Assembly: GCA_963735805.1 (NCBI GenBank)
Contig: CAVTMK010000002.1
Span: forward strand, 1,408,001 to 1,472,000
Source: an uncultured Verrucomicrobiae bacterium
Lineage (GTDB): Bacteria > Verrucomicrobiota > Verrucomicrobiia > Chthoniobacterales > UBA10450
DNA length: 64,000 nucleotides
Reading direction: 5' to 3'
The notes beneath the pieces are model-generated. The model was not told the origin of the DNA. It saw nothing but the letters and a program-made list of their open reading frames with translations, and ran no database searches. Each line of letters starts with the position of its first letter. Within the stretch, counting starts at the first letter, position 1. Position numbers and translations under genes: made by a program. Shown piece after piece: positions 40,422 to 51,717 of this stretch.

Positions 40422-42224
40422 CTATTTCGGTGAGGCGTGCAGCGTCGTCTGATATTCGGGCTTCTGGTGATATTCGACGAGGCGAAATCCCCAACCAATT
40501 AGCGTCGAAAGATCCTTGCTCTGGTTTTTCTTTTCGTTCAGGAACTTCTCGATCCTGGCTTTCAATTCCAGTTGTTGATCGGTTGTATCGAGAATTTCAA
40601 ATATTTCCATCGATAACAGCCAATCTTCGGGGTGTTCTGCCTGCTGTGTCTCCCAAATTTCGCCAAGCCGTTCATAACCGGTTTTGCTTTCCCGAATTTT
40701 GCGGACCTGCGCGTAAAGATTCTCCAGTCGTCTGCGCTTTGCGTCTGACGGAACTTTGATGGTGCGTTCCTTGGGAACCAGGGCCACCTGGTTATAAGCG
40801 TCCTTGTCCGCCGCGCCGTTAAACACTGAACTGATTCGTTCGCCAACTGCCATGTCGTAAAAGCCCCATTCCGGCTCGAAGAGGACTCGGTCACGGTATT
40901 TCGCGTTGCAGTTTACGAACGTGATCAACAACAATTTCCCGTCGCGACGCAGCACCTTCTCCACTCTGCCTGAAACCACGATTCCGCTGACGAAGTCGAT
41001 TTTCGCCTTTTTGCCTTCGACAATTCCAAGCGCGTGCAATTGATCGTTCGTGAGCAACTCCGGCGACGTTGATGTTTGCTTCCATTTTCCAACCGGCGAA
41101 CCAAAACCGTCCTTGTGATAATCAACGCCGTGGCCCTCAAGTTCTCTGTATTTAAACGCCAGCGCAGTCTTCCCGGTCGTTCGCAGATAAATCGGAGAAT
41201 CGTTTTCGTCTGTGATGACCTCCGTGAAAACCCCGCTAACTTGCAGGCCGGATAAATATTCACAGGTCGCGGTGTTATTGCATTCGATCGCTTTGTTGAT
41301 GCCTTCAAGTCCACCAACCATGAATGCCATCTTGCTGGCAAATTCTTCCAGCACGTCCTTTAAATGCTGGAAATCGCGGCAGACAAAGAGTTGCGGTTGT
41401 TTTGTGGTGATATCGAACGCGCAATTCTGCGCGTCGATAGAATAGGGGATTTTCTTTACCCCGGGCTCCAGGCATGAGACCGATTCACCGATCGACGAAA
41501 GCAAACCTGCGCCGTAAATTTTTGGATTCTCAAGCGTGCCAATGAGCCCATACTCGACCGTCCACCAATGTAAACGTGAGAGCAGAGCCATTTCGGAAGG
41601 CGAGCCGAGATTTTTCTGGCGATGTTCGACCAGCTTCGTTGCTTCCTCGACTTCTTTCGTATCGGCGTTCGGGCGTTCCTTTAGGATCGATAAGTGCCGG
41701 ATCGCTTGATACAGCTCGAAATCCTTTTTGGACGACATTGCCTTGGCGCCTACTTCGCCAAAGCGCTGTAAATAGTTTGAGTATTCACGATCGACAATAA
41801 TCGGCGCGTGGCCGGCAGCCTCATGCACAATGTCAGGCGCCGGCGTGTATTCGATGTGCTGGATCTGGCGCATGTCGCAGGCGATTACCAGCACCTTATA
41901 GGCTTGAAATTCCATGAATGCCGCCGGCGGAATGAAACCGTCCACCGCCACTGCGCCCCACTCGATCTTTGCCAGAATATCGTTCATCTCTTCGATGCGC
42001 GGAATGCGATCGAATGAAATGCCTGTATTCAGGAGGCCCTGGAAATAGACTTTGTGCGCGTATTCCTTCAGGAAAAAAATGTTCTGACGCATGATGAATC
42101 GCCAGACTGCGTGATCGACCGATGTGTAATCGTCGTATCGCTGATCGACTGCGAATTGGAGCAAATGTTTCGGACAAGCCGCGACAGCCGCATTGCTAAA
42201 ACTGATACCGCCTAGCGATTTCAT
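40422..42224 (-). CDS. phhA: Phenylalanine 4-monooxygenase (long ~600-aa aromatic amino acid hydroxylase type)
   Basis: YTPAPDIVHEAAGHAP, WWTVEYGL, YGAGLLSSIGE, DITTKQPQLFV; AAGAGG RBS before ATG42224. Confidence 0.92.
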   Translation of the reverse strand: MKSLGGISFSNAAVAACPKHLLQFAVDQRYDDYTSVDHAVWRFIMRQNIFFLKEYAHKVYFQGLLNTGISFDRIPRIEEMNDILAKIEWGAVAVDGFIPPAAFMEFQAYKVLVIACDMRQIQHIEYTPAPDIVHEAAGHAPIIVDREYSNYLQRFGEVGAKAMSSKKDFELYQAIRHLSILKERPNADTKEVEEATKLVEHRQKNLGSPSEMALLSRLHWWTVEYGLIGTLENPKIYGAGLLSSIGESVSCLEPGVKKIPYSIDAQNCAFDITTKQPQLFVCRDFQHLKDVLEEFASKMAFMVGGLEGINKAIECNNTATCEYLSGLQVSGVFTEVITDENDSPIYLRTTGKTALAFKYRELEGHGVDYHKDGFGSPVGKWKQTSTSPELLTNDQLHALGIVEGKKAKIDFVSGIVVSGRVEKVLRRDGKLLLITFVNCNAKYRDRVLFEPEWGFYDMAVGERISSVFNGAADKDAYNQVALVPKERTIKVPSDAKRRRLENLYAQVRKIRESKTGYERLGEIWETQQAEHPEDWLLSMEIFEILDTTDQQLELKARIEKFLNEKKNQSKDLSTLIGWGFRLVEYHQKPEYQTTLHASPK

Positions 42225-42416
42225 CGGCAACCTCTTTGGGAACGAAAAGAACTTATGGCCCGTTTGCAAAGCGAGCAACAATGATTCGTCGCTAGCATCT
42301 TGGACCGACTTCTTCTGAAAAATGCCAGTCCAACTCGACCCGAAGAGACAAACATTAAGCACCAGAGCCGCATGATTTGCCAAGGTATCTAGCAGTCGCC
42401 ACCGCGACCGTTTCAC

Positions 42417-44402
42417 CTATCGTTTCGCTCGAATTACGCGTCTCGTAATCCAGATTAGGGCCGCTAACGCGATTACCCACGGCGCCAAAAACGCGACCGC
42501 CACACCAATCATACGCAGGCTCCACATGATCGCGCCCGCGCTTTGCGCCAGTGTGCGCCGCAACGTGGCGAGAACGCCGCTCTCCTGCGAAATAATGTTG
42601 CCCTGACTGTAAACCTGGATCGAGACGTCCGCTGGCGCGTTTGCTTCATCGATCTGCGCATCGGTGCGGTCGTGCCGTTGCACACTTACGTTCTCAACTT
42701 TGCCTAACGAGTTGAGCGACTGCATGAGCGTTGGGTAATTTTTCATCGACACCCGCAATGAGACGCTCGCTATTTCGCGCCCATCTGGATCACTGCTGAA
42801 CGTCGAGCTGCGAATGCGGCCACCTTGTTTCTGCGCAATAGCACGAAGCTCCTTTGTTTTTTCGTCCACTGAGGACGTGCAAATGCGCAGGCTGGTCTGC
42901 TGGAATGCCTGCTCTTGTTCTTCGCGGGAGATGCTGATGTTGAGTTCCACCTTGTCTCGCTTCGTCCTGGCATTTTCCGATATACCGCTGCCGCCTTGCG
43001 CGATTCGCTGGGTCTCCGTTTGGAAGTTTTCTACGCGACCCAACGACTTCACTTTCCCGGTTACATTCTCGCTTTCTTCGGGCGCGATCAATATGCTCAG
43101 CTGGGCTGAAACTCGTCCAGAGTAATCACGGTCTAGCCGCGCATTTGTGATTTGTACCTTTGCCGATGCAAGAGTTTTGATGTCATTGTAGATCTTCTCA
43201 ACATCCGGTGTGTAGAGTGCCAACTGGGCGCGCTCTTTGAGCAGGAACGCCGCGGGCTCTTCCATGTCCTTTTCTGCAAGCGAAATCGTCACCGTGGCGA
43301 ATTGCACCTGCGAATCCCAGTATTTTAGTTCGCCCTGCATCTTTTCGATCTCTTCGCGCACACGAGCCAGTTCCTTCTCTACCTGGAGCAAATCGGAGAC
43401 TTTGCCGGTTTTGGTTTTCAACATGTCGATCAAACGCTGCTCCATCACGTGGGCGTTTTTCAGGCGCGCATCGGTATCGAAATAGGCCTTGGTGACGTCT
43501 TCGGTGCCGAGTGTCTGGTTCTTTAACTCGCCAAGGCTTCGAACCTTTTGCAGAAAGCGATCAAGGTTTTCTGGCAGGACCTTCGCGATGACCTGCCCCC
43601 GGAGTTTACCATTTGCCTGTTTCTCGGAATCTGTTGTGGCGACGTAGCCATGTTCTTCGTTCGCAAATGCGGTGATCCTTTGGACCGCATTGTCAAAGCT
43701 CACGATCTCCAGTTCGACTGTCGCGTTGCGAATCAGTTTTCGATTGACAGACTGCGGAGTGAGTTCTTGGTCTGGAACTTGCGTAGTTTCTTCCGTAGCA
43801 GTCGGAATATTTGATCCAGTAACGATCGTTCGTTCCACCTCCGCGCCTCCTTGTTTCTCGTCTTTCGACTGAGCTGGAGCTGGTGGTGGCGGTTCCTTTA
43901 GAGTCAAACCTTGTCGTCGGCCGGCCGCGACTTCGTCTGACTTCGCTAGAGCACCCGATTGAGCTGCTCGCGGTGCTGGAAGCTGTGACCGTTGCTCGGC
44001 AAATTGTTCCCCAGCGTAACGTTCCCGTTCGCGCAGGGCCGTCACAGGTTCGCCGGTGATCATCCGCCCAATCTGCACAAGCCCGAGCAACACTGCGGCG
44101 ACTGCCGTAATTTGAATAGCGCGCAGACGAATCAGATCGCCGAGCAATTTTACGAGTCCGTTTCGTTGCGGAGCGCGATTTTTAAAGGCTGCCAGCATGC
44201 GCTGTTCAAAAGCGGGATCGGCTTTTTCCTGTGCGAGAGTTTCTTCCAGAATTTTGTTCATGGCTTTGATTTCTTGATGAGTTTTGCGGCATGCGACGCA
44301 ATCGAGCAGGTGCGCATGAAGCGCGCTTTGTTCGCCGTCGGAAAGCTCGCCGTACAAATCGGCGGCCAGCCAGGTGTCGATTTCGTTGTGGATCGTTGCC
44401 AT
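42417..44402 (-). CDS. Zinc-finger (HxxxCxxC) anti-sigma factor fused to repeated DUF4349-like domains
   Basis: HLLDCVAC; RKLIRNA, EDVT..Y.D..ARL; C-terminal TM helix. Confidence 0.8.
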   Translation of the reverse strand: MATIHNEIDTWLAADLYGELSDGEQSALHAHLLDCVACRKTHQEIKAMNKILEETLAQEKADPAFEQRMLAAFKNRAPQRNGLVKLLGDLIRLRAIQITAVAAVLLGLVQIGRMITGEPVTALRERERYAGEQFAEQRSQLPAPRAAQSGALAKSDEVAAGRRQGLTLKEPPPPAPAQSKDEKQGGAEVERTIVTGSNIPTATEETTQVPDQELTPQSVNRKLIRNATVELEIVSFDNAVQRITAFANEEHGYVATTDSEKQANGKLRGQVIAKVLPENLDRFLQKVRSLGELKNQTLGTEDVTKAYFDTDARLKNAHVMEQRLIDMLKTKTGKVSDLLQVEKELARVREEIEKMQGELKYWDSQVQFATVTISLAEKDMEEPAAFLLKERAQLALYTPDVEKIYNDIKTLASAKVQITNARLDRDYSGRVSAQLSILIAPEESENVTGKVKSLGRVENFQTETQRIAQGGSGISENARTKRDKVELNISISREEQEQAFQQTSLRICTSSVDEKTKELRAIAQKQGGRIRSSTFSSDPDGREIASVSLRVSMKNYPTLMQSLNSLGKVENVSVQRHDRTDAQIDEANAPADVSIQVYSQGNIISQESGVLATLRRTLAQSAGAIMWSLRMIGVAVAFLAPWVIALAALIWITRRVIRAKR

Positions 44403-44406
44403 ACGT

Positions 44407-44940
44407 TTAATCCATTGAGGCGAGAGCGGGACGAAGTTGTTTGCGCATGGATAGGAGGGCACGGCCCAGAATTCCGCGCAGGGCACCATTGGTAAGACCG
44501 AGCGTGTCTTCGATGGTGCGATAGTCCATTTCTTCGAAATAACGCAGTGTGAGGGCCGCTCGATGGAGCTCCGGCAACGCCGCAAGCGCACAGTGCAATT
44601 GTTGATCCAAGACCGCCGCATCGGCCGGCCGGTCGTCGATTTCTTCCGTAAGCTGCTCTGAGAGTGGAACAGCCCGGCGTCTGCGAAAAATATCGTGAGC
44701 CCTGTGTCGCGTGATGGTCGCTAGCCAGGCTGGAAATTTCTCCGGATCGCGTACGCGCCAGCGTGTTTTCCACGCTTTAACCAGTGAGTCTTGCACGACA
44801 TCTTCGGCTTCCTCGCGATTTTGCAAAACACCGTAAGCGATGGCGAAAAGTGTCCGGCTAAAGGTGCGAATAATCATCTCAAATGCCTCCCGATCGCCGT
44901 GAATGGCCGCCCGGTATTGTTCGCGTTCGCTGGCATCCAT
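44407..44940 (-). CDS. ECF RNA polymerase sigma-70 factor
   Basis: GDREAFE, EAEDVVQD, FPAWL, LRYFEEMDY. Confidence 0.9.
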   Translation of the reverse strand: MDASEREQYRAAIHGDREAFEMIIRTFSRTLFAIAYGVLQNREEAEDVVQDSLVKAWKTRWRVRDPEKFPAWLATITRHRAHDIFRRRRAVPLSEQLTEEIDDRPADAAVLDQQLHCALAALPELHRAALTLRYFEEMDYRTIEDTLGLTNGALRGILGRALLSMRKQLRPALASMD

Positions 44941-45124
44941 TGGTTCGATCTAAAGCCTAGACGTCGGAGAGCGCGATTCCGCGCGAACTTTTTTAGGAAA
45001 TTTGGGTGGATCGGCTTCTCCTGAAGCGATGGGGGGCCAATCGCCGCCGGCACAAATGCTCAGGCGGTAAAACGGTAGTTTACTTTGCCAAGGCGTTGAA
45101 GAGTCGCTGCGGTGATCGTTCCAC

Positions 45125-46117
45125 CTAGAAAATCAGAACTGTGTTGCCGACGCTGACCAGGTCTTTCACGCGCGCGGCATCCCAGTTCGCGAGACGAATG
45201 CAGCCATGACTGGCAGCGCGCCCAATTGTCTCGGGATTGTTGGTGCCATGAATGCCGATGCCAGGTTTGTTCAAGCCCATCCAGAGAACTCCGACCAGAT
45301 TGTTTGGGCCCGGCGGCAGGTTATAATAATTTTCCGTGCGCACGCCGTGGTTGAGCATGCCTTCATCATAGCGGAACCAGGGCCAAACATTCACACCGAG
45401 AATTTTCCATGTGCCCACTGGTGCCGGCAACGTTTTGGATCCCGGTGTAATCGGGAACACACAGACGAGCCGATCCTGATCGAAGACCTCCAGAAGGTGC
45501 TCATGGGTATCGACGAAAATCTTGCGGGAGGCGAATGCCGGATTTTCAGGGACCTTGCCTTCGGTGAATTTTTCAACCTCGAAGGGCAACACGTTCGGGA
45601 CCTTCAAAGTTTCCCCGGGCTGAAGGTGTTCCCAGTTCTTCCCGGGATTCAGTTTCTGAATGTAAGACTCGGCGGAATGATAACGCTCGGCGACGAATTC
45701 AAGCAGAGAGGTGTAAGGCATCCATTTCAATCTGGCCTGTTCGGCATGGCTGCCCGGCACATCACCCACGAATTTCAGGTCTTCTTCCCTGATTGCGTAA
45801 GTTGTGTAAGTCACCGGTACCTGGTCGAGCATCCATTGATCGACCGCGCCGGTCTTTGGCATGGCATGCGCGTGCTTGTATGAGATGAGCGCTTTGCGGA
45901 AGAACTCGCCCATTCTTCCATCAATTTTCCCGGGTCCGAAATCGCTATTGTCCAAGAAAATCTGCAACCGCGTTGCGGTCTGTTCGTCGTAATTGGGCAG
46001 CGCGACCGGATAGACTTTGGGCGGCGGCGTGAGTTGCTCCTGCGGTGACGTGGTGTTTTCCTGCGCTAGCGCGAACGTTGTGATTGCGATGATCCCCAAA
46101 ATGTAAACGACCTTCAT
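45125..46117 (-). CDS. L,D-transpeptidase (YkuD family)
   Basis: GIHGTNNPETIGRAASHGCIRL; FGPGKIDG. Confidence 0.92.
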   Translation of the reverse strand: MKVVYILGIIAITTFALAQENTTSPQEQLTPPPKVYPVALPNYDEQTATRLQIFLDNSDFGPGKIDGRMGEFFRKALISYKHAHAMPKTGAVDQWMLDQVPVTYTTYAIREEDLKFVGDVPGSHAEQARLKWMPYTSLLEFVAERYHSAESYIQKLNPGKNWEHLQPGETLKVPNVLPFEVEKFTEGKVPENPAFASRKIFVDTHEHLLEVFDQDRLVCVFPITPGSKTLPAPVGTWKILGVNVWPWFRYDEGMLNHGVRTENYYNLPPGPNNLVGVLWMGLNKPGIGIHGTNNPETIGRAASHGCIRLANWDAARVKDLVSVGNTVLIF

Positions 46118-46169
46118 TGCCGGAAGTTATGCGTTGCGAATCAGACTGCGCAAACGCGGTCTTGATTAC

Positions 46170-47057
46170 TCAGCGCGCCGTGGTGGTCGATGACCGGTAA
46201 CCAATTTGCCCTCCCGTTACCGCGATAAGCAGCAGCGCCAGGACGGATGCGGCCAGCGTGAGGTTCAAATAGCTCCCGAGCACGGCTGGCGCGCGAAAGA
46301 CCCGAACCAGGCACACCGCATAGAACGTGTTCCACGACGCATGGACCAAAATGGCCATCAATACGCTGTTTTTCGTATTGTTGACGACCCACATGATAAT
46401 TAGGCGCAAACCAATAAGGGCCAGGGCGAACAATACGAAGTCGAGTACACTGCCCCTTGGCGGTATGTCGCTTAAATCCTGTGACGGAATCAAGAATCCG
46501 GGCAAGTGCCAGACCGCCCACAGGCTGCCAAGGATGAAACCACCGGCCAGAGGACCGTACGAGCGCTGCAAGCGAGGCTGCGCGAAACCCGTCCATCCCG
46601 GTTCCTCGAAAAGCGGTCCTCCGATAAGAGCCATAGAGATGAAGGCACGCAGGTACGACAAGACAGATGGTTGACCGGAAATATCGAGTGATTCCAAAGC
46701 CCCGGGTCGAATGAGAGTGGTGAACAACATAAGCGCGGGCAACCCAATAATCGCAAACACGTACCATTGAAGTCCGACGCGCCAACGTACGATTCGCCGC
46801 GTCAAGCTAGTGATGCCCGGTTTCCCTTCGATAATGGCGGTCATGATAAACCCGGATAAAACTGGCCCCAGCAGACCACCGATGGCCAATAGCCGCACTG
46901 CGTTGGCACTCAGACTCAGGACCCCGTAGTACACCAGCAGAGCCGGGAGGAACATGAGCCAGGAGAAAACAAATGTGAAGACGAAGTAAAGGACCAGCGG
47001 ATGACGAGCGAGCAAGTTGTTGCGAGCGAACGCAAGCTGGCTTGGTAAGGTGGTCAA
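46170..47057 (-). CDS. CPBP (CAAX/Abi) intramembrane metalloprotease
   Basis: FEEPGW, WAVWHLP, AILVHASWN. Confidence 0.88.
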   Translation of the reverse strand: MTTLPSQLAFARNNLLARHPLVLYFVFTFVFSWLMFLPALLVYYGVLSLSANAVRLLAIGGLLGPVLSGFIMTAIIEGKPGITSLTRRIVRWRVGLQWYVFAIIGLPALMLFTTLIRPGALESLDISGQPSVLSYLRAFISMALIGGPLFEEPGWTGFAQPRLQRSYGPLAGGFILGSLWAVWHLPGFLIPSQDLSDIPPRGSVLDFVLFALALIGLRLIIMWVVNNTKNSVLMAILVHASWNTFYAVCLVRVFRAPAVLGSYLNLTLAASVLALLLIAVTGGQIGYRSSTTTAR

Positions 47058-47203
47058 TTTCGCAACTTCTCGCTCAAGGCTCGAACAGCATATGGAGAAT
47101 TGTAATGTGGAAGCAATTCATCATTAGTGTCCCTTGATACGTAGTCGAGTAAAGATGTGCTGTTGCGATCCGGTCATTTTGAATTGGAGTGCTTGCCATT
47201 TGA

Positions 47204-47566
<363 letters not shown>

Positions 47567-47586
47567 CCCCGAGCGGCGCGAGGCGG

Positions 47587-47666
47587 GTTAAAGAGTTTTA
47601 AAAGGTTCCCTTGGAGAGAACATCATTTTAACCTTTTAACTTTTTAACAATTCAGCGATTTAACGG
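47587..47666. repeat. Short 8-nt tandem repeats (TTTAACNN x5) with an inverted arm
   Basis: TTTAACCT TTTAACTT TTTAACAA TTCAGCGA TTTAACGG at 47627-47666; GTTAAAGAG/TTAAAAGGTT upstream. Confidence 0.65.
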
Positions 47667-47674
47667 TTTAGGTC

Positions 47675-48535
47675 ATGCACGAATATCTGCTGTCGGTCTT
47701 CCTGGGAATCGTCGAAGGGCTGACGGAATTTCTTCCTGTAAGCTCAACCGCGCATTTGCGAATCTGCGAAGCGTTCCTGCATATCGATCTGCACGATGGG
47801 TTCTGGAAGATGTACACGATTGTCATCCAACTTGGCGCCATTCTGGCGTTGCCGGTTTATTTTTGGAATCGCATCCTGCAGCTTGTTCGCACGTTCCCAA
47901 GAGGCGAACGCGGCAATCGCAGCATTTTGACGAATCCGTTAAGTCTCACCTTGATCGCCTTTGTGGTAACCGCAGTTCCGGCCTGGGCACTTACGAAGCA
48001 AATTGGCAAGAACCTGGAAAATCTTTGGGTAATGGCCCTCGCGCTTCTCATTGGTGGAATCGTAATGTGGATCGTTGACGCTGTTTTCACGCGGCCGCGC
48101 ACAAAGCACATGGAGGAGATGACCCTGCCACAAGCCATCTGGATCGGTGCAGCGCAAATTCTTTCTGCCATTTTCCCAGGCACTTCTCGCTCAATGTCCA
48201 CCATTGCCGCGGGACAGGTCGCGGGCTTGTCGCGTCCGACCGCCTTGGAATTTTCGTTTTTCTTGTCGATGCCGACGATGGTGGTGGCTACGGGGTTTGA
48301 TTTTTTGAAAACAGTAATGCCGCACCATCACGACGCGAATATTGCGCCGCTGGCAATGACTCCGCATGCATGGATTGTTCTCGGAATAGGATTTATCGTT
48401 TCGTTTTTCGTAGCGCTGGCCGTCGTTGCCTGGTTTATGAATTGGGTGCGTGCCCGTGGGTTTGTGCCGTTTGCCATTTATCGGATTGTTCTCGGCATAG
48501 GGTTATTGGCACTGCTGATGCGCGGGATAATCTAA
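47675..48535 (+). CDS. uppP: Undecaprenyl-diphosphate phosphatase
   Basis: GIVEGLTEFLPVSSTAHL, IQLGAI, PGTSRS, EFSFFL. Confidence 0.95.
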   Translation: MHEYLLSVFLGIVEGLTEFLPVSSTAHLRICEAFLHIDLHDGFWKMYTIVIQLGAILALPVYFWNRILQLVRTFPRGERGNRSILTNPLSLTLIAFVVTAVPAWALTKQIGKNLENLWVMALALLIGGIVMWIVDAVFTRPRTKHMEEMTLPQAIWIGAAQILSAIFPGTSRSMSTIAAGQVAGLSRPTALEFSFFLSMPTMVVATGFDFLKTVMPHHHDANIAPLAMTPHAWIVLGIGFIVSFFVALAVVAWFMNWVRARGFVPFAIYRIVLGIGLLALLMRGII

Positions 48536-48545
48536 TTAAATATCA

Positions 48546-48953
48546 ATGGGAGCCGACATTATTCTTCCCGATTTACAAAGTGCGGTTCTTTGCGAAGACG
48601 TCCGCTGCGAAATGAATGGCATGCAAACACTCGTGGGCGTGCTGAGTGTAATCCCTGCACCCGCGTTACCGATCAATTACATCCGGCTTTGCATCTGGAC
48701 GCGTTGGTGCAGTGGTGCAGGAAAATTTCGGCAAGAATCCCGTATCGTCGGTGTCGACGAACAACACGTCATTGCGCGGGCGGAGGTGGAGTTTGTGTTA
48801 AAAGAGATGGATGGGCACGCGACCAACGTTCATTACTTTGGCGGGGTGCAATTTCAGCAATACGGATTACATCACGTGGAGATTTATCTGGAAAACGAAT
48901 TGCGGATGCGTTTTCCGCTGCCTGTGATTCAGGTCAAACGATCAGCTGCTTAA
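48546..48953 (+). CDS. Hypothetical protein
   Basis: 135-aa ORF 10 nt after uppP; LCEDVR.E.NG...LVG. Confidence 0.65.
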   Translation: MGADIILPDLQSAVLCEDVRCEMNGMQTLVGVLSVIPAPALPINYIRLCIWTRWCSGAGKFRQESRIVGVDEQHVIARAEVEFVLKEMDGHATNVHYFGGVQFQQYGLHHVEIYLENELRMRFPLPVIQVKRSAA

Positions 48954-49015
48954 CGTCGGAACGTCTTGTGAATGGGGGCTTGCGAACGGGGCGGAGTTGT
49001 TTATCACGACGATAT

Positions 49016-49534
49016 ATGTCGACAGGATTTTTAATGGTCCTGATATGCAGCTGCATCGTCGTCGGTCAGACAGAGGCGCAGGAGGTAATCGTTGCTCGCG
49101 AAACGAAGCCGGAAGCTTCCAAGCAAACGACGCCACCTCCAGAGCAAAGTCCCTCAGAATCGCCAACCCCCGAACCATCCAAACCCAAACCACGCAGCAG
49201 GAAATCTACATCGGCAGAGCCCACGCTTGAGCAAATGCGAATGGCGGGCGCCCTTGCCGCTGAACGCCTGGACAATCCAAGTCCTTCACAAAAGAACAGA
49301 TCTGACCAGTCAGACTCCGAGGCTGCTCCTACGTCAAACCCGGTTGTCGAAGAAACTCCCAGACCGTCAAAAAAAAGGGAAACGCCGTCCGAACAACCGA
49401 GCAAATCACACCGGCCGACTTCGCGGCCTGCAAAAGCGGAACCGGTCGGCGCGGTGCGGCCTACGTTCATGGAATCCGGCAGATCGGAGCCAAGCACTAC
49501 GCCTGCCCCAAAGGGACAAACACCCGCGCCTTAG
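49016..49534 (+). CDS. Secreted Pro/Ser-rich hypothetical protein
   Basis: Signal peptide followed by low-complexity sequence. Confidence 0.55.
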   Translation: MSTGFLMVLICSCIVVGQTEAQEVIVARETKPEASKQTTPPPEQSPSESPTPEPSKPKPRSRKSTSAEPTLEQMRMAGALAAERLDNPSPSQKNRSDQSDSEAAPTSNPVVEETPRPSKKRETPSEQPSKSHRPTSRPAKAEPVGAVRPTFMESGRSEPSTTPAPKGQTPAP

Positions 49535-49570
49535 TTTCTTCGATTCTTTGTCATGCGCATGCTCTTCTGA

Positions 49571-50977
<1,407 letters not shown>

Positions 50978-50979
50978 TT

Positions 50980-51696
50980 ATGCCTCCGAACGTGAAGAGC
51001 GTTCCCCGTCACATTGCAATTATTATGGACGGTAACGGGCGGTGGGCCAAGGGGCGCGGTCTGCCGCGCATCAAGGGGCACGAGGCAGGTGCCCAGGCTG
51101 TTCGGGAGTGTGTAGAAGGATGCGGCGAATTAAAGGTGGAGTATCTCACTCTTTACGCTTTCTCTGCCGAGAATTGGCAGCGCCCCAAAAGTGAAGTCCT
51201 CGCGCTGATGCGTCTGCTTGAAAAATTCTTGAGAGAGAAAACGCCGGAATTGATTGAGAAAAATGTTCGGCTTCAGGCAATTGGACGTCTGACCGATCTG
51301 CCTGAGCGTTCGCAGGAGCAACTTCATAGGACGATCGAGCAAACTGCCGGCAATACGGGTTTGACTCTTATCTTCGCCCTGAGTTATGGCGGTCGGCTTG
51401 AAATCATCGATGGCATCAAGAGTTTGCTTCGTGCTATCGAGCTCGGTCATATCGATAAGGCCATGATTGATGTTGAAATGTTCAGTAAGCATCTCTACAC
51501 ACGCTACTATCCTGACCCGGATCTTCTGATTCGCACTTCGGGCGAAATGCGTCTCTCCAATTTTCTTCTTTGGCAAACGTCCTATACCGAGATGTACGTC
51601 ACCCCGAAACTGTGGCCCGATTTTACAAAGAAAGACCTCGTTGCTGCCGTGGAGGAATTTGGGCGCCGCCAGCGTCGTTACGGAGTGGTAGTGTAG
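50980..51696 (+). CDS. uppS: Undecaprenyl diphosphate synthase
   Basis: HIAIIMDGNGRWA, YAFSAENW.RP, IRTSGEMRLSNF. Confidence 0.96.
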   Translation: MPPNVKSVPRHIAIIMDGNGRWAKGRGLPRIKGHEAGAQAVRECVEGCGELKVEYLTLYAFSAENWQRPKSEVLALMRLLEKFLREKTPELIEKNVRLQAIGRLTDLPERSQEQLHRTIEQTAGNTGLTLIFALSYGGRLEIIDGIKSLLRAIELGHIDKAMIDVEMFSKHLYTRYYPDPDLLIRTSGEMRLSNFLLWQTSYTEMYVTPKLWPDFTKKDLVAAVEEFGRRQRRYGVVV

Positions 51697-51717
51697 CCTG
51701 GCCTCTTGAAACAGCAT

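Noticed and set aside
42225..42416. N-terminal extension of phhA (likewise those of ORFs starting 44621, 48590, 27345, 28336 and 61877)
   Set aside because: Internal ATGs fit family N-termini or RBS positions better, and several extensions overlap upstream genes
46170..47057. 'Abi' protease as phage defence
   Set aside because: CPBP proteases are common housekeeping proteins and there is no defence-island context
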